Of a stretch of 47,384 nucleotides of DNA, positions 30,483-38,698 are shown piece after piece; the first letter of the stretch is position 1, and every line of letters starts with the position of its first letter. This DNA comes from Candidatus Heimdallarchaeota archaeon (GTDB taxonomy: Archaea > Asgardarchaeota > Heimdallarchaeia > Hodarchaeales > Hodarchaeaceae). The notes under the pieces are model-generated. The model saw only the letters and a program-made list of their open reading frames with translations, was not told where the DNA came from and did not search any database. The stretch lies in NCBI GenBank assembly GCA_020353515.1, contig CP070695.1, positions 1 through 47,384 of the forward strand, given 5' to 3'. A program made the translations under genes and the position numbers.

Positions 30483-30583
30483 GTGTGTTTTTTGATAACT
30501 ACACTTCTGAGTCAGAAATGAAAAACACACTTTGATATAACAAAAAGATATTCGAAAGTGACACAACTTGGAAAAATGTGTCA
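30483..30583 (-). promoter_or_regulatory. Operon promoter region: TATA-like TTATAT (30535-30540), upstream palindrome TGACACA-N11-TGTGTCA (30559-30583), palindrome TTCTGA-G-TCAGAA (30505-30517) and 10-bp IR GTGTGTTTTT/AAAAACACAC (30483-30492/30521-30530)
   Basis: The repeats were read directly from the sequence. The promoter assignment is inferred from archaeal TATA spacing. Confidence 0.5.
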
Positions 30584-30997
30584 GTAATACATTATGATAA
30601 TCTAGTAGAAACTAATAAAAAAACAACAAAGAGAAATTAATAAACTCACTCCTTAAATAGGGGTATAAATGGTTGAGATATTCGAATTATATAAAGCTAA
30701 AATTTTGAGCTAATTATAGATTCGGGGGATAGAGAGGGCCATCAAAAAGCTCTGTATTATCCTGGGAAGATTGGGAAAATACAGATTAATCAAACGATTG
30801 CATAATGGATTCTCATAGATTGATTCTAGGGTTATTTTAGAATATTTCCTTCTCGTTGGAGGCATCTTTGCTAATATATTAATTTGATTAGAGACTGATC
30901 TAACCTCTTGCTATAGAAAAGGTTCTAGCTGCAGGTTTTTGCAGTTGAACAATAAGAACCTTTCTTACGCCTGCATTTGATTCAATTCTTTTGAATT

Positions 30998-31150
30998 CTA
31001 GTCTATTAATGCGCCGTTTGGTCCACCTAAAGCTGCAGTTCCTAGTGAGGTTGCTGCTAGGTAGAGTAATATCAGGAATAACCATGGAATAAATTTCAAC
31101 AGCATTAATTCAACGTCTATTCTTTTTTCACGATTTCTAACTTTTCTCAT
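30998..31150 (-). CDS. Unannotated 50-aa signal-peptide-like small protein MRKVRNREKRIDVELMLLKFIPWLFLILLYLAATSLGTAALGGPNGALID
   Basis: ATG at 31150, TAG at 30998-31000, SD-like AGGTGTGT at 31159-31166. Basic N-region, ~20-aa hydrophobic core, small-residue c-region and short polar tail. Alternative ATG at 31105. Confidence 0.72.
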   Translation of the reverse strand: MRKVRNREKRIDVELMLLKFIPWLFLILLYLAATSLGTAALGGPNGALID

Positions 31151-31207
31151 TGTTTTTTACACACCTAATCTTTTTATTCGGTTTCTTTTATCCAGATTTT
31201 AACAATT

Positions 31208-31264
31208 TGAGTATTTATTTTCTTGAATACTCATTCGAATATTTTGTCTAGACAGGTTTATAAA
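31208..31264. promoter_or_regulatory. Divergent promoter region: IR TGAGTATT-N10-AATACTCA (31208-31233), palindrome TGTCTAGACA (31245-31254), TATA box TTTATAAA (31257-31264)
   Basis: Read directly. The TATA box ends about 27 nt before the regulator ATG, consistent with a leaderless transcript. Confidence 0.55.
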
Positions 31265-31291
31265 TAATACTATCCTTCTTTTCGGCATCAA

Positions 31292-32731
31292 ATGCCTCTC
31301 CCACAACAAAATTCCTTAATACTGGACAATTTCCGACAAAAACCCGAAGAGTATGAAATAGAGGAATTTGTACTTGATTTTCTCAATATTTGGATGTACA
31401 TCCATGAAAAAGCAGAGGATTGTTCACTAGAAGATACTTTGGAGTTAACTAAGCAATTATTAAATTCTCACATCATACCTTTCTTTACTAAATTCGAGGG
31501 TAATGAAAGTCTTGAGTTAAATGAGAGCTGGCTTAAGACTTATTCATCTATCGTTCTAAAATGGAAGAAAAGGGCAAGTTACTTATTTCCATTGAAACTA
31601 GTTACATATGAGATTTGTTATCATGATAAAAACCTTTTCGAGTTTTTTCTACAAAAATTACTTACAAAAGAGATTAAAGGAGAAAAAGAATCCTTATTCG
31701 AGTTTATTTTCCCTGTTTTAACGAATTTCACTGTCCCTCTTGATGATATGTATATTTCATTTCTAAAAGCTTTTCAGAGCTTAGAAAGGCATAATTCTAC
31801 ATATTATAAGGATCCGACTCAAAATGATTTCGCAAAGCTTTTGGAAGTATCCCCAAGAACTGTTTTACGACGAATGAATGTAATCCGCCTATTACAAATG
31901 GTCAGTGCTTCTCATTTTCTAGATATGGGTCAGCTTGGATATGAAACGACCTTATATGTGCATTCAAATCCTTTCCCAGAAAAATTCGAGAGATATTTAC
32001 TCCTCTCAACGGATTTGACAGTGGGAAATTTTAGTATTGTTCAGATCCCCTTCAAAAAGGCAAAAAAACTGTTATCTTTAGAAACTGACTTGGAATTATT
32101 AACTTCTCAATCAATGACAACAAGAATTTCTTCTTGGAATCTAACTGGTTTATCACCTGGAGAAGTCACTTGGAGGAGTCCTCCCTCATTTCTCCATGGT
32201 GAAGCTAATATTCCTCTAATTTCTCCCAGTCCTGATGTTCATTTCTCTCTTAAACCATCTTTTGATCTTTTTCGACCACTTACTCCTGCTGATATTAAAA
32301 TCCTTGATTTTCTTACCATTAAGGGAAGTTTCACAAGTATTAAACAATTGGGTGATTCAATTCAAGTTTCAGCTCCTGAAGTTTCAAAAAGGCTCCAGGA
32401 ATATGGAAATGATAATTTATTAGTAAAAGCGAATCACTACTACAACATCGGTTTAGATTTAACAATTTTCCTCTTTATCTCTGATGAAGATCGTTCTATT
32501 TCATGGGTTCAACATTTTCTTAGTTTCCCGAAATGTGATATTTATTATCAAAGCGACGAATCTCCACACTATTATTTTGGTTTTCTCAAACTGCCTAATT
32601 ATTGGATTAAAGCTTTTGCACGTAAGATTGATTTGATTAAAAAGGATTATGGTGTTAAAATATACTATAAAATTGCGAGTTCTGTTGACTATGCAAAATG
32701 GGGCATAGAGCTTAGTGAAACTTACTTTTAA
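31292..32731 (+). CDS. Transcriptional regulator: helical N-domain plus two tandem (wHTH + Lrp/AsnC-like) modules
   Basis: HTH1 'PTQNDFAKLLEVSPRTVLRRMN..LDMGQLGY' and HTH2 'LTPADIKILDFL..SIKQLGDSIQVSAPEVSKRLQEY..YNIGL', each followed by an alpha/beta segment. Confidence 0.78.
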   Translation: MPLPQQNSLILDNFRQKPEEYEIEEFVLDFLNIWMYIHEKAEDCSLEDTLELTKQLLNSHIIPFFTKFEGNESLELNESWLKTYSSIVLKWKKRASYLFPLKLVTYEICYHDKNLFEFFLQKLLTKEIKGEKESLFEFIFPVLTNFTVPLDDMYISFLKAFQSLERHNSTYYKDPTQNDFAKLLEVSPRTVLRRMNVIRLLQMVSASHFLDMGQLGYETTLYVHSNPFPEKFERYLLLSTDLTVGNFSIVQIPFKKAKKLLSLETDLELLTSQSMTTRISSWNLTGLSPGEVTWRSPPSFLHGEANIPLISPSPDVHFSLKPSFDLFRPLTPADIKILDFLTIKGSFTSIKQLGDSIQVSAPEVSKRLQEYGNDNLLVKANHYYNIGLDLTIFLFISDEDRSISWVQHFLSFPKCDIYYQSDESPHYYFGFLKLPNYWIKAFARKIDLIKKDYGVKIYYKIASSVDYAKWGIELSETYF

Positions 32732-33169
32732 CAGAAAAAATGAATTTTTCTATAAAAAAATAATCAAAATCAAAAATAGAAAAAGAATCCAGCTAAAAGT
32801 GCATTTTCTTTAAAAAATAAAATGAACTACTCTCTTATAAGAAGAAATTAATCATTTTAATATGACGGAAAGATAACCCTAGTATTATGATCCCTTATAA
32901 TGGCCATTGAGAGGCTACTATTTTGTCATAGATTATTGTAATCATTGATTGATGCCTCTTAAGAAATAAATACCTATTTATCTACTTTTTAAAAACTCTC
33001 TATCCTCCATATTCTTGAATGATGCGAAGTGTCTCTTCAACGGTCATGATTCTTGAATTTCCATCGCTTCATAATTCCTGATTGAAAAGTAGTTTCAGGT
33101 AGGATTTTGACAGCCAGGCTTACTAGGGTTTTGTCGGGAGAGATTAATATCTTTATGTAATTTGAAAGA

Positions 33170-33216
33170 ACAATGAGGTACTTCCATAAAAGGAGACAAT
33201 ATTGTAACCTCATTGT
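33170..33216. repeat. 10-bp inverted repeat ACAATGAGGT/ACCTCATTGT enclosing the palindrome ACAATATTGT
   Basis: Arms at 33170-33179 and 33207-33216, about 120 nt upstream of the Mrp/NBP35 gene. Confidence 0.45.
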
Positions 33217-33333
33217 GACTGTTTGAAGACCATAACTTCTTATTTACTAAGACTTTCTACCGTTAATTGCCTCAATACCTGAAATTAATAGTTTGCGTAC
33301 CGAAAGAATTCTGAAGTATGCATTAATTGATAA

Positions 33334-34152
33334 TTGAAGGAAGAATATATGCAATCGAACCTACAACAACTCGAGCAAGAAATGAAATCTATTTTAAAAA
33401 AGGTTAAACGAAAGATCGTGGTTCTCTCTGGAAAAGGAGGCGTAGGAAAGTCTACAGTCGCAGCTAATTTAGCGTTAGCTTTTGCAGAGAGATTTCCAGA
33501 ACAAGTGGGTATCGCTGATTTAGATTTTTCTGGACCAAACATTCCAAAGATCCTTGGTGTGGAGGGTAAAAGGATGGAAGCACCCAAGGATGACAAATTT
33601 GACCCCATAAACGGGCCACAAGGCCTCAAAATAGTCTCAATGGCATTCTTTTTAGACTCCCCCTCTACACCTGTTATTTGGCGTGGCCCTTTGAAGATCA
33701 AAGCTTTACGCCAATTTCTTACTGATTTCACCTGGGGAGACCTAGAGATATTAATCTTCGATATGCCTCCAGGAACAGGGGACGAGGCAATCTCTGTGAT
33801 GCAAATGATCCCTGATATGGATGGAGTTGTGATTGTTACAACTCCTCAAGAGGTCAGTCTTCTTGACACTGGAAAATCGTTGATCATGTCTCGAAAGATG
33901 GATCGTCCCGTTATTGGTGTGGTAGAAAATATGTCAGCCTTTATTTGTCCTAAATGCGGGTCGAAACATACCATCTTTGGTGAGGGAGGTGGTATTCAAA
34001 TGGCTAAAGAATTTGGGACAGAATTACTGGGCCAAATTCCTCTCGATCCACAAATTAGAGCTGAGGAAGATCATGGGATTTCTCAAGCTTTTGAGTATTT
34101 CAAGCCTCTTGCAGAGAAAATTCTGGAGAAAATCGATAAAGTCAAGAAATAG
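33334..34152 (+). CDS. Mrp/ApbC/NBP35 family Fe-S cluster carrier ATPase
   Basis: SGKGGVGKS, DLDFSGPNIP, VIWRGP, DMPPGTGD, VTTPQ, ENMS..CPKC..IFGEGG. The likely start is ATG 33349. Confidence 0.95.
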   Translation: MKEEYMQSNLQQLEQEMKSILKKVKRKIVVLSGKGGVGKSTVAANLALAFAERFPEQVGIADLDFSGPNIPKILGVEGKRMEAPKDDKFDPINGPQGLKIVSMAFFLDSPSTPVIWRGPLKIKALRQFLTDFTWGDLEILIFDMPPGTGDEAISVMQMIPDMDGVVIVTTPQEVSLLDTGKSLIMSRKMDRPVIGVVENMSAFICPKCGSKHTIFGEGGGIQMAKEFGTELLGQIPLDPQIRAEEDHGISQAFEYFKPLAEKILEKIDKVKK

Positions 34153-34179
34153 AATTGTATGTTTGGATTCTTTAAGTTA

Positions 34180-35451
34180 TCAAAATTCTTTTTCTAAGGT
34201 CTCTAGCAAGTCTAAAGCCATAAAGACACCCAATTCTCCTTTGAGATCATCTTCACTCGTCCATTGACGGGCGAGATTCCGAATCTCTTCAATAATATTC
34301 CGTGTTTGCATCCTTTTTTGACCAATATCCATCAGTACTGACTGTCCTATTTCTAACACTCTTTGAATGTCTTTATTAAAATTAACGATCAACGTTCGTC
34401 TATCAGCTTTCCCTTCTGCCGTTTCAGAATAATTTAACATAATTTCGGATGTATTGAGACTATTAGATTCATCAATACAACTGACGTCGCGAATTATGCC
34501 CTTTAATCCCCTTATTACCATTACTGGATCCTTTCCCACTTCTTTTGAGATGTGTTGATCTGCTTTTTCTCTTCCCAGTAAATCGGTAACTAGCTGTTGA
34601 AGCATTCCTAGATTATCAAAACCTGTACCTATTAATTCTCCTGTTGAGATCCCTGCTTTCTCCTCTAAGTTTTGAATTCTGTTGAGAAAACCAGTTGTAC
34701 TAATAATCACTTCTTCTAATTTACTCGAAAAGTTAGATATTTTGGTATTTGTCCCCTCGAAGTTAGTTTCGACATTAGTAACACGTGTATTTAAACCATC
34801 AAACTTTGACTCAATTTCATCGATAGTCTTTCTAAAGGAATCATCCATTACTTGATTTAACTTTTCTTCTGTTGTTGTTTTATATTCAATGAACCCTTCT
34901 TCCAATTTTTGGAGAGATTCATTATTTTTTTCTAAATTACTCTTTAAAGCGTCTAAGGAAGGGGATATATTTCGATAATTGGTTTGGATTTCGGTTAATT
35001 TCGATTCTTGAGATTCTTTCAATTCTTGGAATGTATTATTCACCCTCACAATCTCTTCTTCTAAAGCTGTCAGCTTTGATAAATCTTGATCAACTGTGCT
35101 TAGCTTAGATTGTACACTCGTAATTGCTTCATTAATTGGATTGAGTAAGCTTTCCTGTTTTGTAGTTTGATCATTAAGAGATTGCTGTAATCCTGACATG
35201 TTTTGCTTAATCTCATGGATTTCCTGAGAAAGGGGATTTAATTCCTGAATCGTGGTCTTTAATTCCTCCAAAATTTTTTCTGTTTCATAAAATTTGGAGC
35301 TATACTCCTCAAAAGCCTGAATAGTTGAATCTAAATTGCTTAATTTTTGGTTAACATAAAGAACTTCACTTTTCAAGGTTCTAATACTATTGAAAACAAT
35401 TTCTAGAGAAGCTTTGACTTCAGTTAATTTTTCTCCTGCTTCTTCACTCAA
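34180..35451 (-). CDS. Long coiled-coil protein with a C-terminal helical/globular domain
   Basis: About 265 aa of near-continuous heptad pattern rich in E/K/Q/S/L/N. No ATPase motif or TM segment. SD GGAGGT upstream. Confidence 0.8.
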   Translation of the reverse strand: MSEEAGEKLTEVKASLEIVFNSIRTLKSEVLYVNQKLSNLDSTIQAFEEYSSKFYETEKILEELKTTIQELNPLSQEIHEIKQNMSGLQQSLNDQTTKQESLLNPINEAITSVQSKLSTVDQDLSKLTALEEEIVRVNNTFQELKESQESKLTEIQTNYRNISPSLDALKSNLEKNNESLQKLEEGFIEYKTTTEEKLNQVMDDSFRKTIDEIESKFDGLNTRVTNVETNFEGTNTKISNFSSKLEEVIISTTGFLNRIQNLEEKAGISTGELIGTGFDNLGMLQQLVTDLLGREKADQHISKEVGKDPVMVIRGLKGIIRDVSCIDESNSLNTSEIMLNYSETAEGKADRRTLIVNFNKDIQRVLEIGQSVLMDIGQKRMQTRNIIEEIRNLARQWTSEDDLKGELGVFMALDLLETLEKEF

Positions 35452-35675
35452 AATAATACCTCCAGAGGATATAAGTAAGAATGATAATCTATTTTACTAT
35501 CTAGGTTCAGATTTTATATAAAAATGTTCCACTATATAAGGTAGAATTCATGAATTATGGAAGTACAAAAGGTAAGGTTTTGTTTGTTACTAGATTTTCA
35601 CAAAAAATTGAACATAACTCTTTTATTTGCGTATAAAGAAGTGGCTTTACTCGACAAATTTTCTCTAGGTGAAAA

Positions 35676-37043
35676 ATGATGACTCAACCAGTAATGTTTT
35701 CTGCAAGTCGGTTTCAAAAGTTTGCCTATTCAATTGCAACTTTCGGAAACGCATTGATTGGTGCTGTTTTTACTGTATTTACGTTCTTTTACTATAAAAA
35801 CGTAGTTTTTGAACCAACTTTTTTTGAGGCTAATGAAGCAATCATCAGCACGCTACTTGGGACATCTTTAGCAATCGGGTGGTGGGTACAAGCAATAATG
35901 AATCCAGTAGCAGGATGGTTTTCAGATAAAACGGTCTCATCACGTTTTGGACGTCGAAAACCATGGTTAATTTTGGGTTCTCCTGTCATCGCTTTGAGTT
36001 TTATTGCAATATACTTGGTTCCTACCAATGTAACAGATTTATTTTTCCCAATTATTTGGTTGGCTGTCTTCGTAGCGATTTATAACGGGGCTTATGCTGC
36101 CACAGTATGTGTGTACTTATCAATTATCCCTGAAATCTGTCCCACTCCTGAAGAACGGACAAATATTTCCACCTATCGTCAAGGATTTTATCTCGTAGGA
36201 ACAATTCTTGGTGCCATAATTGGAGCACTACTCGAAGACATGGCTTTTATGATTTCTATCGTACTTGCATTACTCTTTCTAATCTTCTTCTATATTGCTG
36301 CTTTTGGTATAAAAGAACCACCAGAAGTCCCCGAAACCCCTACATTTGGTATAATTGAAGCATTGCGAGTAACATTCAGAAACAAACCTTTTTTACCCTA
36401 TCTTGGTTATTCCATATTTATGACTGCCTTCCAATCAATGTTAATAACCATGCTGCCAGATTTTGGGAGACATGTGGTATATAAAGGTGAGGATAATATA
36501 ATATCCTCCTTCCTTCCTGGTGCGTTTGTAATTACTGGGATAATAGCTGTTGTTCCAGCAATGTATTGGATTAACAAAGTGGGTAAAAAGAAAGCAGCTT
36601 TAAATGCAATGCTTGCAGCTGCAATAATTACTATACTACTTGCAACTGTGGGATTAATTCCCGGTTTTGAATTGCTTCATACGCTTGCGATCGTCTTACT
36701 TCTAGGTATTCCAGCAGCTCCCTTGTTAATTCTTCCTGACTCAATCATATCTGACATCACGGATTATGATGAACAGGTGACTGGAACTCGACGAGAAGCA
36801 ATGCATTTTGCAGCCCAAGGCTTGTTAACTCGTTTCGCAGGGGGTGTTGCCATTCAACTAATGGGGATCATTTTAGGAGTGTTTGGCGCAACATACTCTG
36901 CTGCAAAACCATTCAATGGAACACTTGGGTTGTTGCTAATAGGTCCAGTCGCTGCAGTCTGTGCTATCATAGGATTTATAATCTTTCGTTCTTATCCAGA
37001 AAAAGATGTTTTAGCCGCCTCTGCAAAGAAAGTACAAGCTTAA
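35676..37043 (+). CDS. MFS transporter, GPH/MelB sugar:cation symporter family
   Basis: NPVAGWFSDKT.SRFGRRKPW, PEERT, SDITDYDEQVTGTRREA; about 12 TM segments. Confidence 0.9.
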   Translation: MMTQPVMFSASRFQKFAYSIATFGNALIGAVFTVFTFFYYKNVVFEPTFFEANEAIISTLLGTSLAIGWWVQAIMNPVAGWFSDKTVSSRFGRRKPWLILGSPVIALSFIAIYLVPTNVTDLFFPIIWLAVFVAIYNGAYAATVCVYLSIIPEICPTPEERTNISTYRQGFYLVGTILGAIIGALLEDMAFMISIVLALLFLIFFYIAAFGIKEPPEVPETPTFGIIEALRVTFRNKPFLPYLGYSIFMTAFQSMLITMLPDFGRHVVYKGEDNIISSFLPGAFVITGIIAVVPAMYWINKVGKKKAALNAMLAAAIITILLATVGLIPGFELLHTLAIVLLLGIPAAPLLILPDSIISDITDYDEQVTGTRREAMHFAAQGLLTRFAGGVAIQLMGIILGVFGATYSAAKPFNGTLGLLLIGPVAAVCAIIGFIIFRSYPEKDVLAASAKKVQA

Positions 37044-37070
37044 TACTTTCTTCTCCTCTCTCTCCTTTTT

Positions 37071-38219
37071 TTAATACATATTCCAATCTGTGATTTTGGG
37101 ATATTGTTCTTTCTCACCGTATTCGTAACTATCATACAGTTTCCCCCAATCTGTCTCTTGAAACTTCTTTATTTTTCTTTTTCCGATGAATCTATACCAA
37201 AACCAATCATGATAGATACTCGATCCTGCAATCAATAGTTTGAAGATCGGTGTGTGGAAAAAAAGCCAGTGAAAGGGCTTCAAAGGACGATAGCGGTAGG
37301 TAGTATTTCTTAACCTTTGATCCCACTTTACGACAAGGCTTCTTTTTACTGTGAAATTAAGATTCATATTTCGTACTTCTTCTGCATCTAATCCTACAAT
37401 GTCAATCTGATCTACATCTCCAATACCGAGACCTTGATCATGAGCCATTTTGATATATTTAATAGTAAGAGGATCAATACCCATTAGCTTAGCAGAAAGA
37501 GCATCAATCGCAACTTGGTCTTCACTAGCGAGGAGGAGATTAGTGTAAACAGGTTCCATAACTCGTGGGCCGGCTCCATCTCCAGCTACAGTACCATCCA
37601 TCACAGCTAACATTCCAGGATGTATCTCTTTTTGGATCGCCAATAAATCTACTAAAATTCCATCAATAATGCGATGAGAATGATGCCTATACTTGGGAAT
37701 TAAGCCTCCAAAGGCATTCTTTATCGCTCCCGTTGTGACAGTGTGTCCATGAACCTTTAATGTTGGTAAATGGATAATATTACTGTTCATAAAGACTTCA
37801 GGAATGATAATATTATCTTTAAATAATTCTCTCATCCAAGGGACGTCCCCCTTCGGATCATATTTTATCCACTTCTCATCTGTTAAAGGACGGTATTGTG
37901 TTTCATATTTTTTGAAAATTGGTAGCCATTTGTTGCCGTAAGCTCCTTTATATGGATGTGTTACAACTGTTTGATTTTCTGTTGGTATGATTTTCCCTGG
38001 GTAGAATCCATCCTCTATTAGTTTATTCAGTACTCCATCCAATTGGTAAACAGGGGTGGAACAAGCAGGATAAAACAGGGACCATGATAAATTAATCTTA
38101 ACGATAGTTTCTAACTCTTTTTTAATGAATGATCGATAATCAATGAGCTCTAAGATTCTTGTATAGTCATCAATGACTGTTTGTGGTTGTGTCTGTATAA
38201 TTGCAACCTTGGACATCAC
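37071..38219 (-). CDS. DUF362-family protein
   Basis: VKINL, LPTLKVHGHTVTTGAIKNAFG, VMDG..GDGAGP, LLASEDQVAIDA. Confidence 0.85.
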   Translation of the reverse strand: MMSKVAIIQTQPQTVIDDYTRILELIDYRSFIKKELETIVKINLSWSLFYPACSTPVYQLDGVLNKLIEDGFYPGKIIPTENQTVVTHPYKGAYGNKWLPIFKKYETQYRPLTDEKWIKYDPKGDVPWMRELFKDNIIIPEVFMNSNIIHLPTLKVHGHTVTTGAIKNAFGGLIPKYRHHSHRIIDGILVDLLAIQKEIHPGMLAVMDGTVAGDGAGPRVMEPVYTNLLLASEDQVAIDALSAKLMGIDPLTIKYIKMAHDQGLGIGDVDQIDIVGLDAEEVRNMNLNFTVKRSLVVKWDQRLRNTTYRYRPLKPFHWLFFHTPIFKLLIAGSSIYHDWFWYRFIGKRKIKKFQETDWGKLYDSYEYGEKEQYPKITDWNMY

Positions 38220-38327
38220 GGATCACGCTATTTTCTGCGATTAAAAACCAATGAAGTTTCATATGGCTTGCTAGAAATAAGTTTTGATGTTAAGTTCGGT
38301 ACAAGAAAAAGAATAATGTAATACCGA

Positions 38328-38675
38328 TTAAGCTTGTTTCCTTCGTTTCACATAAATTACTAGGGTTGAAAATACAATAAAATGTAGAAGAGATTCAAAT
38401 CCGAAAGTTACGAATAAGGAACTTACTCCAGAAGAGATTGTAGATTCACTTGACTTACTTGTAGAATCTGATGACCTAGAAAATGGTTTATCTTTCGTCC
38501 AGAGAACTTCAATCCAATAATCATGTTCCGCAGGATTCCAATTGAGAAAATTCAAAGAATAAACATAATACTTGGCTTCTTCCCGAGGCATCGCATCAAG
38601 ATAACCCGCAATGTAAGAATCATCACAGATATCCTTAGGGATCCAGAATTCGCAAAAAACTGACTCTAAAGGGTA
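38328..38675 (-). pseudogene. Probable 3' remnant of a cell-surface protein with a PGF-CTERM-like sorting signal
   Basis: Ser/Thr linker, TFGFE, TM helix and KRRKQ tail, with no signal peptide. The frame stays open for 28 codons upstream of the tracked ATG, up to a TAA at 38676-38678. Confidence 0.6.
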
Positions 38676-38698
38676 TTACATATTTAACTTAGGACTTA

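Noticed and set aside
30669-30713. 14-codon plus-strand ORF MVEIFELYKAKILS
   Set aside because: It is too short to distinguish from chance, and there is no supporting structure.
30900-31085. Tracked 61-aa minus-strand ORF (MVIPDITLPSS...)
   Set aside because: It overlaps, in another frame, the 50-aa ORF that has an SD and a coherent signal-peptide structure. It has no SD or motif of its own.
28844-32731. Provirus or integrated element
   Set aside because: No integrase, capsid, replication gene or att-like direct repeats were recognised.
33170-33216. tRNA or SECIS element
   Set aside because: There is no T-loop/D-loop consensus or SECIS motif, and no in-frame UGA selenoprotein candidate nearby.
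33285-33731. 148-aa minus-strand ORF
   Set aside because: It is antisense to the well-conserved Mrp/NBP35 gene.
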